A stretch of DNA of 64,000 bases from an uncultured Clostridia bacterium (lineage in GTDB: Bacteria; Bacillota; Clostridia; Christensenellales; CAG-917). Below are positions 10,215-20,125 of the stretch, in pieces. Both the position numbers and the translations under genes were made by a program. The notes below the pieces were generated by a model, which was not told the DNA's origin, searched no databases, and saw only the letters and a program-made list of their open reading frames with translations. Each line of letters begins with the position of its first letter. Within the stretch, counting starts at the first letter, position 1. The DNA lies in assembly GCA_937885645.1 (NCBI GenBank), contig CALABJ010000018.1, positions 72,203 to 136,202 of the forward strand. Direction: 5' to 3'.

Positions 10215-11687
10215 ATGATAGACGATATTAAAGATTTGAGTTTGATTCAAAAACAAAAGCAGTTGAAGCGCAGAAGCCTAGGCTCTGCCTTTGGCAAAAC
10301 CTTCCCCCTGACATTTATTGCAGCGGAAGGTATGGCGCTTTTTGGCATTATGATAACAGGGGATTTCCTCAACGCATTCACCGTTGAAAACGCCTTTGAA
10401 ACCGCAGGCAGACTTGCAATATATCTCTTTTTGATGATTGCAATGTTCTTTGCTGTGCACTCCTTTGCCCACGAGGAAAAGTTCCTTGCAAGAAACTTCA
10501 CTCTTGTGACAATCGTTGTGGCGGCAACCTACGTTGTCTGCATGGCCACAGTGCACTATTTCAACACCTATCTTATGCCAATATCATTGGTGTCACTGAT
10601 TCTTTTGGTGCTGACCAACCGCAGGACAAGTCTTATTGCAACCTCTTGCACCGCACTCTTCTTGATGACGTCGTTCATATCCACGGATATGCTTGAAAAC
10701 AACATTGACGTCTATCAAGTCATTGCATCAATAGTGTGCAACTTGGTGGCGGCAATCTGCGTCAACTCACTGGCATCAAGACACTACACCCGCTTGAAAT
10801 TCTTGATGATGAGTGCCCTTGCAGCCTTTGTTTCAGTCCCTCTCGTTGTCATATCCACAATGGCAATCGGCGACGTGTCAATGGAGATTTTGTTCAACAT
10901 TGCTTGGTCATACGGCGGAAACCTTGCCGCAGTCATCGTGTCACTGCCTTTCTGTGCAATCTTTGAAGGAATCTTCAACATTGCAGACGACTTCAAACTG
11001 AACGAACTGACCGCACTTTCGCACCCCCTCTTGAAGCGACTTGCCAGTGAAGCCCCCGGCACCTTCAACCACTCACTTGTTGTTGGAAACTTGGCAGAAG
11101 CCTGCGCAGAAGCAATCGGTGAAAACCCTCACCTTGCAAGATGCGCCGCATATTATCACGACGTAGGCAAACTGAAAGCCCCTGTGTATTTTTCTGAAAA
11201 CCAATCAACCTACAACCCCCACGACGAGCTTATCCCTGAAGTCAGCGTCAGTATGATAACTTCACACACTCTCTTTGGTGAAATCCTTGCAAAGCAATAT
11301 CGTCTTCCTAAGGAAATCATCGCAATTTGCAGAGAGCATCACGGCACAACTCCTGTTGGATATTTCTATCGTAAGGCACTGTCCCTCACCGAAGAAGGTG
11401 AACTTCCCACAGTGGACTACACCTATTCAGGTCCTAAACCCCAATCAAAGGTGGGGGCAATCATTATGATTGCAGACACCATCGAGGCGGCTTGCAGATC
11501 ATATATGCCTGACACCAAAGAGGAATTTGTGGCGCGCATCAACAAGCTTGTTGATGAAAAGCTGGCTCTCGGTCAATTTGACGAATGCCCCATTACAATC
11601 AAGGACATCAACACCATCAAGGAAACAATCATTGACGTGCTTCCCAGCATCCACCACAGCAGAGTTTCATACGAAAAGAGAAAATGA
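10215..11687 (+). CDS. pgpH: 7TM-HD membrane phosphohydrolase (PgpH/YqfF-like)
   Basis: Multiple N-terminal TM helices, then an HD domain (YYHDVGK, CREHHGTT). Syntenic with B. subtilis yqfF. It seems to lack the long extracellular N-domain of longer homologues. Confidence 0.8.
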   Translation: MIDDIKDLSLIQKQKQLKRRSLGSAFGKTFPLTFIAAEGMALFGIMITGDFLNAFTVENAFETAGRLAIYLFLMIAMFFAVHSFAHEEKFLARNFTLVTIVVAATYVVCMATVHYFNTYLMPISLVSLILLVLTNRRTSLIATSCTALFLMTSFISTDMLENNIDVYQVIASIVCNLVAAICVNSLASRHYTRLKFLMMSALAAFVSVPLVVISTMAIGDVSMEILFNIAWSYGGNLAAVIVSLPFCAIFEGIFNIADDFKLNELTALSHPLLKRLASEAPGTFNHSLVVGNLAEACAEAIGENPHLARCAAYYHDVGKLKAPVYFSENQSTYNPHDELIPEVSVSMITSHTLFGEILAKQYRLPKEIIAICREHHGTTPVGYFYRKALSLTEEGELPTVDYTYSGPKPQSKVGAIIMIADTIEAACRSYMPDTKEEFVARINKLVDEKLALGQFDECPITIKDINTIKETIIDVLPSIHHSRVSYEKRK

Positions 11688-12154
11688 TAAACTTCACCTA
11701 CGCAAAACTGAAAGAAAAGGCACTTATGAAAAATGTGGAGAAGGCAGTCTTTGACCACCTTGGACAAGACAACTTTTTCGTCACCGACATAGCCGTTGTG
11801 GACGAAGACACCATAAGAGCGTATAATCTTGAAACCCGCGGAGTTGACGGCGTCACCGACGTGCTCAGTTTCCCTTATTTTGAAGGACTGAAACTGCCTG
11901 CAAAAAGAGAGGACTTCACCGATGCAGACGGTGTCAGTGGCAAGGTGTGTCTTGGCAGCATTATGATTTGCCGTAAAAGAGCAAAGGAGCAAGCCAAGGA
12001 ATACGGCCACTCAATGGAAAGAGAAATGGGCTTTCTCACCTGCCACGGACTATTGCATCTTTTGGGCTATGACCACGTTATCCCCGAAGACGAAAAGATT
12101 ATGTTCCCCCTTCAAAACCAAATTATGAACAAAGTAGGCTTGAAAAGGGATTGA
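11684..12154 (+). CDS. ybeY: rRNA maturation endoribonuclease YbeY
   Basis: HGLLHLLGYDH zinc-binding motif. The start overlaps the upstream stop by 4 nt. Confidence 0.9.
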   Translation: MINFTYAKLKEKALMKNVEKAVFDHLGQDNFFVTDIAVVDEDTIRAYNLETRGVDGVTDVLSFPYFEGLKLPAKREDFTDADGVSGKVCLGSIMICRKRAKEQAKEYGHSMEREMGFLTCHGLLHLLGYDHVIPEDEKIMFPLQNQIMNKVGLKRD

Positions 12155-12254
12155 TGGAATTTGTCTAGACAACTAAACAACACAAAAACAAAACAATTCA
12201 AAACGTAAACAATCAAATCGACATAGCAACTCATAGGGTTGGAACGGAAAACAG

Positions 12255-13166
12255 ATGAAATCAGGATTTATTTGTATCACAGGCCTTGCAAACGCAGGCA
12301 AATCAACACTTATCAATTCACTTGTAGGGGAGAAGGTGGCAATCGTCTCTTGGCGTCCCCAAACCACAAGAAACAAAATTCTCGGCATAGTCAACGGCAC
12401 GGACGAAAGTGGCGAGGACTATCAAGTCGTATTCATTGACACCCCCGGCATACACAGCGCAAAAAACCATCTTGGTGACTATATGATGAAGTCAGTGGAA
12501 GTTGGTCTTAAAGACGTGGACGGCATACTCTACGTTGTTGACACCGCAAAAGGACTTCAAAAAGAGGACTATGAATTCATCGAAAAACACGCAGAGGGCA
12601 AACCCCTCATCGTTGTGCTCAACAAGGAAGATGCAGTCACCAAGACCACAATGCTTGACGTCCTTCAAAAACTGACCGCTTTCCCTCAAATCAAAGCGGT
12701 TGTGCCCGCATCTGCAAAGAAGGGTGAAAACCTTGAACCAATTATGAACGAACTGCTTGCGCTCCTCCCCGAGGGTGTGCAAATGTTCCCCGAAGATATG
12801 TTCACAGACAGCAGTATGCGTTTTATGGCGGCGGAAATCATCCGCGAAAAGGGACTTTATCTCCTTGACAAGGAAATCCCTTACGGAATCGGCGTATATA
12901 TCAACAAGTTTGAAATGAGAGAGGACAAGCCCATCTATGAGATAGATGCAGACATCGTTGTTGAAAAGCAATCTCACAAAGCCATCGTCATCGGCAAGGG
13001 CGGAAGCACCTTGAAGCAAATCGCATCCGCAGCAAGAAAGGACCTTGAAGAAATGACCGGTGAGCAAGTTTTCCTCACTCTGTACGTGAAAGCAAAACCC
13101 GACTGGCGCAACAGCGACTATCTCATGAGAGAGTTGGGCTACGACATCAAAGATTTGAAAAAATAG
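12255..13166 (+). CDS. era: GTPase Era
   Basis: G1 GLANAGKST, G3 DTPG and G4 NKED motifs, plus a C-terminal KH-like region (IVIGKGGSTLKQI). Confidence 0.95.
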   Translation: MKSGFICITGLANAGKSTLINSLVGEKVAIVSWRPQTTRNKILGIVNGTDESGEDYQVVFIDTPGIHSAKNHLGDYMMKSVEVGLKDVDGILYVVDTAKGLQKEDYEFIEKHAEGKPLIVVLNKEDAVTKTTMLDVLQKLTAFPQIKAVVPASAKKGENLEPIMNELLALLPEGVQMFPEDMFTDSSMRFMAAEIIREKGLYLLDKEIPYGIGVYINKFEMREDKPIYEIDADIVVEKQSHKAIVIGKGGSTLKQIASAARKDLEEMTGEQVFLTLYVKAKPDWRNSDYLMRELGYDIKDLKK

Positions 13167-13167
13167 T

Positions 13168-13866
13168 ATGGATGCAAAAAAAGTCACCGCAATAGTCACA
13201 AGGGCAGTGCCCTATGGTGATACGGATATGATTGTCACCCTCGTGTCAATAGAGGAGGGCAAACTGACCGTCACCGCCAAGGGATGCTTGAAGCCTAAGG
13301 CAAAACTGCGCTATGCCACCGAACCTATGAATTTCGGTGAGTATATGCTTGCAGGCAAGCCCGAAAGGTTGGTCCTTGCAGACTGCTCGCAGATTGACAG
13401 TTTTTCACCCATAACACTTGACATAGAAAAGTACTATGCTGCCGCCCTTATCCTTGAAGGGTTGCAGAAGTTGTCCCCTGAAAGCCAACCCACCCTCTTT
13501 ATGCACGCCATAGAGGTGTTGAAGGGCATGGCATATGAAGGGAAGAGCGCAGAGGACAGTGTCACCAAGTTTTTGACTTACGCCCTCACCGACAACGGCT
13601 ACGAAGTGGATTTTTCCACTTGCAACCTGTGCAAATGCATTCTTGATGGCGACGCAGTATTTTCTGAAAAAGACGGCATCGTTTGCCCCCATTGCGCGGA
13701 TTACACGGGCACGGGCATAGACGCCATAACACGGGCGTATCTCGCAGGTGAAAACCTTGATATCCCCACCCACCTCAAAAACAATGCCAACATGGTCCTT
13801 GCTGACCTTATAGGTCAAGTCCTTGGACTTCGTCTTGGCAAGCACTATTTTACGGAGCTTTTATGA
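13168..13866 (+). CDS. recO: DNA repair protein RecO
   Basis: 232-aa ORF directly after era. OB-fold-like N-terminus and a Cys4 zinc motif (CNLCKC...CPHC). Confidence 0.85.
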   Translation: MDAKKVTAIVTRAVPYGDTDMIVTLVSIEEGKLTVTAKGCLKPKAKLRYATEPMNFGEYMLAGKPERLVLADCSQIDSFSPITLDIEKYYAAALILEGLQKLSPESQPTLFMHAIEVLKGMAYEGKSAEDSVTKFLTYALTDNGYEVDFSTCNLCKCILDGDAVFSEKDGIVCPHCADYTGTGIDAITRAYLAGENLDIPTHLKNNANMVLADLIGQVLGLRLGKHYFTELL

Positions 13867-15680
13867 AAAGAACAATCAAGACAGTTGCATTAGTGACGTT
13901 GCTTGCATTGAGCAGTGTTTGTTTCTTTGCTTGCAATCCCGACGTGAACGACTACAGCGATTTCACAACCGTGTACGAAAACCACACCTCAACAGGGGAG
14001 TTCACTTCTTGCGAAGTGGCAATCGAGTCAATCCCTGCAGGCTGGTCACTCTATTCACCCACAACCACTTCAAGCGAGTACAAAAACTCGAACAGTGGCT
14101 ACGTCAGTGACCTTGACGCATTTGTGGTGAAAAAGACGTTGGGCTCAAACACCTATCTCAGCATCATCAAGTGTGGCACAACAGAGCTTATGTTCCAAGA
14201 AAATTTGGCAATCACCGCCCTTAGAGTGTCAAACGGCCTCATCGTTTTGAAGAGCGCAAATGGTGTTATGTTCGTCACAGACTATAATGGCAAAATTGTC
14301 ATCCCTCAAGGTGTCATCACCGGCACAAACAACGTGACCATTGACAACACCGTCAAGGTCCTTGACAACGAACTTATTGCAGTCAACCCCAACTACGACC
14401 AAAACGCAACTGACAACAAGTCATACACCTGCATTTATCGTGTTTCAACAGGCAAAATTGCTTGCCGTGTGAAAAACGCCGGTGCAAGCCTTGCATCACT
14501 TCAAGGATTTGACGGCAACTACGTCGTGTCCACAGGCACAACCGAAGACGGCACTGACGTCAGCCGTGTTTTTTCAATCCCTCGTGGAGGTGACGTAGTC
14601 AACAACAACGGCACGGAGTATGGCTCCTACTACGACAACGGCGAAGACGACTACTACAACGAAATCACCTATATGGGAGAGGGCAAGTTCTTCATCCACG
14701 AGGACTGGACGGTTGAAAAGGAAGAGGGCTACACCTACCACTACAACGACGAATACGTCAAGGTGTCACGTTTCATCTACGATGCCACCACCGATAGCAG
14801 AAAAGTGTTCACCAGCGACTACTATTTCTTGAACCTTGCCAACCACTATTATGGCAGTGACCGCACAGGCATCGCAACCAAGAATATCTTGAAGGAAGGA
14901 TATTATTACGCCACCTACTGCATAACCGTTGAAGGGGACAAGGAAGGATATTATGATCAATTCATCCTTGATGAAAATCTCAACGTCATTTATTCATTGT
15001 CAGGAAACCTCGGTGCATCCCGTGACAAGCTTCTTGAAGTTGACGAAGTGTCATATTTTGACCTTGCACTTCTCTTTGTTGACAACGTGGGCATAGTACC
15101 CCTGCCTTCAACAAGCCTCAGAGTCATTGACAACAAGGGCAATATTCTTTTCACAGTCAACAAAACAGTCACCTCTGCCGCCTACAACAACGGTATGGTC
15201 ATCGCAACTGCACTCAACTCAAAAGGACAAACAATCTACGCCGTGTACGATTTGACTGGCAAGGAAATCGTGCCTTTCTCAAAGGGCTTCACTGAAATCA
15301 ATCCTTTCCTTGGCTACTACACCCTTGCAAAACTTGACGGCAAGTCAGTGCTTTTGTCAAAGGACGGCAACGTGGTTGAAAAGATGAGCGACAACGAGAC
15401 AGTGCCTTTTGCCGACATTGCACAAACCTCATCAAAGAGCGACATCTACAAGCTTGGCTCATACATGTTTGCAGAAACCAGAGTCAGTGACGTGACCGGT
15501 GAAAACGTCAAATACTACGGCATCAAGAATTTCTCAACCGATGTAAATAACAACGTTATCATCCCTGCAAATATGGTGTCAGGCAGTCTTATGTACGCAC
15601 CCACCTCAACCCCTGACAAAGTGTTTGTCTTTGCAAAATTCGAGGGCAGTGACAACTTTGTCGTGTACAGACTGATTTAA
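13863..15680 (+). CDS. Hypothetical secreted lipoprotein (beta-rich, repeated DxxGKxVIP-type segments)
   Basis: The start overlaps the recO stop in an ATGA arrangement. Signal peptide MKRTIKTVALVTLLALSSVCFFAC. No family recognised with confidence. Confidence 0.55.
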   Translation: MKRTIKTVALVTLLALSSVCFFACNPDVNDYSDFTTVYENHTSTGEFTSCEVAIESIPAGWSLYSPTTTSSEYKNSNSGYVSDLDAFVVKKTLGSNTYLSIIKCGTTELMFQENLAITALRVSNGLIVLKSANGVMFVTDYNGKIVIPQGVITGTNNVTIDNTVKVLDNELIAVNPNYDQNATDNKSYTCIYRVSTGKIACRVKNAGASLASLQGFDGNYVVSTGTTEDGTDVSRVFSIPRGGDVVNNNGTEYGSYYDNGEDDYYNEITYMGEGKFFIHEDWTVEKEEGYTYHYNDEYVKVSRFIYDATTDSRKVFTSDYYFLNLANHYYGSDRTGIATKNILKEGYYYATYCITVEGDKEGYYDQFILDENLNVIYSLSGNLGASRDKLLEVDEVSYFDLALLFVDNVGIVPLPSTSLRVIDNKGNILFTVNKTVTSAAYNNGMVIATALNSKGQTIYAVYDLTGKEIVPFSKGFTEINPFLGYYTLAKLDGKSVLLSKDGNVVEKMSDNETVPFADIAQTSSKSDIYKLGSYMFAETRVSDVTGENVKYYGIKNFSTDVNNNVIIPANMVSGSLMYAPTSTPDKVFVFAKFEGSDNFVVYRLI

Positions 15681-15738
15681 GAAAAAAAGCGAAAGAAACA
15701 GTTTATCTTGCGGAAATTTGCGGATAAACAACCGAATT

Positions 15739-16725
15739 ATGAAAGAAACCAAAATCCTCAGCGGCACAAAAGCAATAGAAGAAGGCGCACGGCTCATCCT
15801 CAGTGGTGAGCTTGTTGTCTTTCCCACCGAAACCGTATATGGCCTCGGTGCTGACGCCTTCAATGAAAAGGCAGTTGGGGACATTTTCAAGGCAAAGGGC
15901 AGACCTCAGGACAATCCTCTCATCGTCCATATTGCGTCCATCGACCAAGTGAAGGACGTGGCAAAGGACGTGCCCGAAGCCTTTTATGCCATTGCAGAAA
16001 AGTTTATGCCCGGCCCTATCTCCGTCGTTTTGAAGAAGGGTGACAAAGTGCCTTACGTGGTCACCGCAGGAGGAGAAACCGTGGCAGTCCGTATGCCCGA
16101 AAACAAGGTGGCAAGGGCGCTTATATCCGCCTCAGCCCCTCTTGCAGCCCCATCAGCCAACAAGTCAAAGCACGTGTCACCAACAACGGCAGAGCACGTC
16201 TATGACGACTTAAAGGGTGAGGTTGCCCTCATCATAGACGACGGCCCTTGCAAAGTGGGCATTGAAAGCACAGTCCTTGACCTTACCACAGATATCCCCA
16301 CAGTGTTGCGCCCCGGTGCAGTCACAGTTGAAATGCTCAGCGAAGTTTTAGGTGAAGTTGTGTCAAGTGGCAAAGTCATCAAGATTGCCAAATCCCCCGG
16401 AATGAAATACACCCACTACGCACCCAAAGTGAAGACAGTCGTTGCAGTCAGCCCTCAACACGCAGTTGAGGAATACGACAGGTGTGTGAGAGAAGGTGGC
16501 AACCCCGTTTTGGTGTATCGCAACATTTACAAAGACGTGACAGGAGATAGACGCATCATTGACCTAGGGGTCAGCCCTGAGGACTATGCAAGAAGGGTCT
16601 ATTCCGCCCTCCGTGAAGGAGAGCAAATTGCCGATGAAATCATCATAGAGGAACTCCACGGCGGTGGCATTGAGTATTCTGTTATGAACAGGGTATATAA
16701 ATCCGCAGGAGACAAGTTGGTGTAG
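15739..16725 (+). CDS. tsaC: L-threonylcarbamoyladenylate synthase (Sua5/YwlC type)
   Basis: VVFPTETVYGLGADAF and APSANKS motifs plus a C-terminal Sua5 domain. The ATG at 15739 is preferred over the tracked TTG at 15718, but this is uncertain. Confidence 0.85.
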   Translation: MKETKILSGTKAIEEGARLILSGELVVFPTETVYGLGADAFNEKAVGDIFKAKGRPQDNPLIVHIASIDQVKDVAKDVPEAFYAIAEKFMPGPISVVLKKGDKVPYVVTAGGETVAVRMPENKVARALISASAPLAAPSANKSKHVSPTTAEHVYDDLKGEVALIIDDGPCKVGIESTVLDLTTDIPTVLRPGAVTVEMLSEVLGEVVSSGKVIKIAKSPGMKYTHYAPKVKTVVAVSPQHAVEEYDRCVREGGNPVLVYRNIYKDVTGDRRIIDLGVSPEDYARRVYSALREGEQIADEIIIEELHGGGIEYSVMNRVYKSAGDKLV

Positions 16726-16726
16726 T

Positions 16727-17167
16727 ATGAAAGTGACTTTTGTGTGCGTTGGAAACACTTGTCGCTCACCCCTTCTTAAAGGGCTTTTTTCCCACTATGC
16801 TATGGCACAAGGAGTGGAGTGTGAAGTGGAAAGCGCAGGGCTTTATGTCACTGACGGAAAAATCTCTCCCGAAACTGAAAAGATGCTGTTAGATTGCGGA
16901 ATTTCGGTGGAAAATCAAAATCCCACCACCTTGAACAAAAACCTCGTTGACAGCAGTGATTTGATTGTTGCAGTAAGCAGTGAAATTGCCGAAATGATTA
17001 TGAAACTAGGTTGCGAAAACAAGGTCTATTCCTTGTCAAGCCCCTTGCTTCTCGGTGAAGATATGCTTGACCCTTATCACAAAGGAGAGGAAGCCTACAA
17101 GCAGGTTTTTGACCAAGCCTTACGCGCCCTCCCCAAGGTGATGAGCCTTCTTCAAATGGTCAAATAG
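16727..17167 (+). CDS. Low-molecular-weight protein phosphatase (YwlE-like)
   Basis: CX5R(S) P-loop in VCVGNTCRSP and a DPY motif near the C-terminus. Adjacent to sua5, as in Bacillus ywlC-ywlE. Confidence 0.8.
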   Translation: MKVTFVCVGNTCRSPLLKGLFSHYAMAQGVECEVESAGLYVTDGKISPETEKMLLDCGISVENQNPTTLNKNLVDSSDLIVAVSSEIAEMIMKLGCENKVYSLSSPLLLGEDMLDPYHKGEEAYKQVFDQALRALPKVMSLLQMVK

Positions 17168-17639
17168 AGGAGAGAAACTCTTTGAACAATTTGACGTGGA
17201 TTTCCTCATCCAAGATTATCCGCTCAATAAGGTTTTTCACAGAGTCCTGCGACAGGTTGAGTATGGCACGCTCGTAGCCTAAAATGGCGTTTTCCTCAGC
17301 CAAAATGTTTTGTCGCAAAAATCGTTTTGGGTCTAGGGTGTAGTTGACGTAGCTCCCACTCCAATATGCTCTGCCACCAATGACGGGATAACCTCCTAGG
17401 GCGGTGATTGCATTGCCAAGGAGGTCCACGTGCTTCATCTCGGCAATAGACACTCCCTCGAGCATTTCCTTCAAGGCTTCGTCCTCTGCAACAAAGTGCT
17501 GATAGGTGTAAGTCATGACGGCAGTGATTTCACCTTGCACCCCGCCGTAAACAGGCATAAGGATTTTGCTATCGTGCAGGTTTTTCTCAACTTGCAAAGT
17601 GGGGTAATGAAGGTCACTTGAATAGGTTTTCAGGTCCAT
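17160..17639 (-). CDS. Ferritin-like / Mn-catalase (CotJC-like) family protein
   Basis: ATG at 17639 preceded by AAAGGAG; the tracked longer start adds only hydrophobic junk. The pattern YGGVQGEITAVMTYTYQ...EMKHVDLLGNAITALGG...EEIH resembles di-metal ferritin-like/CotJC proteins. Confidence 0.6.
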   Translation of the reverse strand: MDLKTYSSDLHYPTLQVEKNLHDSKILMPVYGGVQGEITAVMTYTYQHFVAEDEALKEMLEGVSIAEMKHVDLLGNAITALGGYPVIGGRAYWSGSYVNYTLDPKRFLRQNILAEENAILGYERAILNLSQDSVKNLIERIILDEEIHVKLFKEFLSSI

Positions 17640-17795
17640 AAAACACTCCTTTTCAGTGACAAATATATTCTGAGACCACTGAAAGTGTGAAAAATAAAGA
17701 AAAATCAATAGAAAATATATATCTTTGCTGTATTTTGCTTGCCAAATCATTTTGACTATGCTAAAATCACATAGATAATTTTTGGAGGTAAAAAA

Positions 17796-18122
17796 ATGCT
17801 GAACTCAATTTTCAACACACTTCTTGCAGCATCAGACTTCATCAGCAACCCCGGTGGATCAATTGATGCAACAGTAAGAAACAATGTTGTTATGGCATTT
17901 ATGATATTGATGATGATCGCAGCAATCGCAATGATCGTCGTCGTTTTGATGCAAAAAGGTACAAACGATAACGTGGGAGTCATCACCGGCGTTTCAGACA
18001 CATACTATGGCAAGAACAAGGAAAAGACCAAGGCTGGCATCTTGAAGAAAGTCACCTTCGCACTCTTTGCTTTCATCATTGTTTGTGCAATCATCTGCTT
18101 CGTCGTTGCAACAGTGGCATAA
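17796..18122 (+). CDS. secG: Preprotein translocase subunit SecG (probable)
   Basis: 108-aa protein with two TM helices and LMQKGTNDNVG (similar to the SecG LLQ.GKG.G motif). It lies upstream of smpB, as in many Firmicutes. Confidence 0.6.
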   Translation: MLNSIFNTLLAASDFISNPGGSIDATVRNNVVMAFMILMMIAAIAMIVVVLMQKGTNDNVGVITGVSDTYYGKNKEKTKAGILKKVTFALFAFIIVCAIICFVVATVA

Positions 18123-18137
18123 TTCAATTGAAACCAA

Positions 18138-18169
18138 GACGACTCCGACAACTCGGAGTCGTTTTTTTT
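18138..18169 (+). terminator. Rho-independent terminator after secG
   Basis: gacgactccg-acaact-cggagtcgt stem followed by an 8-T run. Confidence 0.7.
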
Positions 18170-18375
18170 ATCCAAAATCTTGAAAGTGGATTGCGAGAGT
18201 GCTGTTGTTTTGGTTTGATTGAGTTTTGTTTAGGGACAGAAAATTTTGATAAACATTGAGACGCATTTCAATCCCATTGAAAAGACAATAGGCAAATCAG
18301 TGCAGTTTTTGTCTATTTTAGACAAAAAATCTATTTTGCTTGAAAGAGAGATAAAAGTAAGATATAATAAAGTTT

Positions 18376-18828
18376 ATGAAATTGATTGCAGAAAACAGAA
18401 AAGCCCGCCACGATTATTTTGTGGAGGACACCTATGAAGCCGGCATAGTGCTGGTGGGTTGCGAGGTCAAGTCCATACGTCAAGGACAGGTCAACCTTCG
18501 TGACAGTTTTGCCATAATCAAAAATGGCGAGGTCTTTGCTGTTGGTATGCACATTGCTCCCTATCAAATGGGCAGTTATTTCAATCACGACCCAAGACGC
18601 AATCGTAAACTCCTTCTCAACAAGGCTGAGATACGCAAGCTCAAAGCCAAAGTAGAGCAAAAGGGCTACACCCTCGTCCCCCTCAAAATCTATTTTAAGG
18701 ACGCTCTAGTCAAGGTTGAGCTTGGTCTTTGCAAGGGCAAGGAAACCCACGACAAACGTGAATCAATCAAGCGTAGAGAAGAAGACAGAAAGATTGACAG
18801 AATCAAAAAGGAATACAACGTAAGATAA
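18376..18828 (+). CDS. smpB: SsrA-binding protein SmpB
   Basis: KLIAENRKARHDYF... and a basic C-terminal tail. A TTGAAA-17-TATAAT promoter-like sequence lies just upstream. Confidence 0.95.
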   Translation: MKLIAENRKARHDYFVEDTYEAGIVLVGCEVKSIRQGQVNLRDSFAIIKNGEVFAVGMHIAPYQMGSYFNHDPRRNRKLLLNKAEIRKLKAKVEQKGYTLVPLKIYFKDALVKVELGLCKGKETHDKRESIKRREEDRKIDRIKKEYNVR

Positions 18829-18842
18829 CTTATAGGTGAAAT

Positions 18843-20123
18843 ATGAAAAACATTGACACAATTTGCGTGCAAGGTGGCTACACCCCAAAAAACGGCGAGC
18901 CTAGACAAATCCCCATCGTCCAAAGCACAACTTTCAAATATGACACCAGCGAGGATATGGGCAAACTCTTTGACCTTGAAGCAAGCGGATATTTTTATAC
19001 CCGTCTGCAAAACCCCACCAATGACTACGTAGCGGCAAAACTGACCGAAATGGAAGGTGGCACGGCAGGTATGTTGACCTCATCAGGTCAAGCAGCCAAC
19101 TTCTTTGCAGTGTTCAACATTGCCACCAGCGGTGACCACGTTGTGTCCAGTGCAAACATCTATGGTGGCACTTTCAACCTATTTTCTGTCACAATGAAGA
19201 AGATGGGCATTGATTTCACCTTCATCTCACCTGACAGCACCGAGGAAGAAATCGAGGCAGCAATGCGCCCCAACACCAAAGCAGTGTTTGGCGAGACCGT
19301 TGCCAACCCTTCACTTGCAGTCCTTGACATCGAGCGCTTTGCAAAGGTGGCACACCGCCACGGAGTGCCTCTCATCATTGACAACACCTTTGCCACTCCT
19401 GTAAATTGCAGACCTATCGAGTGGGGCGCAGACATCGTCACCCACTCCACAACCAAGTATATTGACGGACACGGAGTGTCCGTTGGTGGTGCAATCATTG
19501 ACAGTGGCAAGTTTGACTGGATGGCACACGCCGACAAATTCCCTGGTCTTTGCACCCCCGACGACAGTTATCACGGAATCACCTACGCCACCAAGTTTGG
19601 CAAGGAAGGTGCTTTCATCACAAAGGCAACCGCCCAACTTATGCGCGACTTTGGTGCAATCCAATCACCTCAACACGCATTCTATATCAACCTCGGCCTT
19701 GAAAGTCTTCACGTACGTATGGCACGTCACGTTGAAAACGGCAAGAGAGTTGCAGAGTTTTTGAAAAATCATCCTCTTGTTGACTGGGTGACCTATCCCG
19801 ACCTTGAAGGGGACAAATATTACGACCTTGCCAAAAAGTATTGTCCCAACGGCACTTGTGGCGTTGTCAGTTTCGGCGTAAAGGGCGGAAGAAAGGGAGC
19901 AGAGCAATTTATGAAGAGCCTGCGCCTTATTGCCATTGAAACCCACGTGGCAGATGCAAGAAGTTGCTGTCTGCACCCTGCCAACGCAACCCATCGTCAA
20001 ATGACCGATGACGAGCTTGTTTCCGCAGGCATCACCCCCGACCTTGTCCGTCTCAGTTGCGGACTTGAAAGCGCAGATGACCTCATCGCAGACCTTAGTC
20101 AAGCCCTTGACACAGTGAGATAA
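18843..20123 (+). CDS. metY: O-acetylhomoserine sulfhydrylase (PLP-dependent, Cys/Met metabolism family)
   Basis: 426 aa. Motifs YTRLQNPT and the PLP-lysine region HSTTKYIDGHG. Confidence 0.85.
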   Translation: MKNIDTICVQGGYTPKNGEPRQIPIVQSTTFKYDTSEDMGKLFDLEASGYFYTRLQNPTNDYVAAKLTEMEGGTAGMLTSSGQAANFFAVFNIATSGDHVVSSANIYGGTFNLFSVTMKKMGIDFTFISPDSTEEEIEAAMRPNTKAVFGETVANPSLAVLDIERFAKVAHRHGVPLIIDNTFATPVNCRPIEWGADIVTHSTTKYIDGHGVSVGGAIIDSGKFDWMAHADKFPGLCTPDDSYHGITYATKFGKEGAFITKATAQLMRDFGAIQSPQHAFYINLGLESLHVRMARHVENGKRVAEFLKNHPLVDWVTYPDLEGDKYYDLAKKYCPNGTCGVVSFGVKGGRKGAEQFMKSLRLIAIETHVADARSCCLHPANATHRQMTDDELVSAGITPDLVRLSCGLESADDLIADLSQALDTVR

Positions 20124-20125
20124 TT

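Noticed and set aside
12492-13199. 235-aa ORF on the minus strand
   Set aside because: It is entirely antisense to the well-supported era gene (G1-G4 motifs plus KH domain). Its translation is motif-free, and long antisense ORFs are expected opposite conserved genes.
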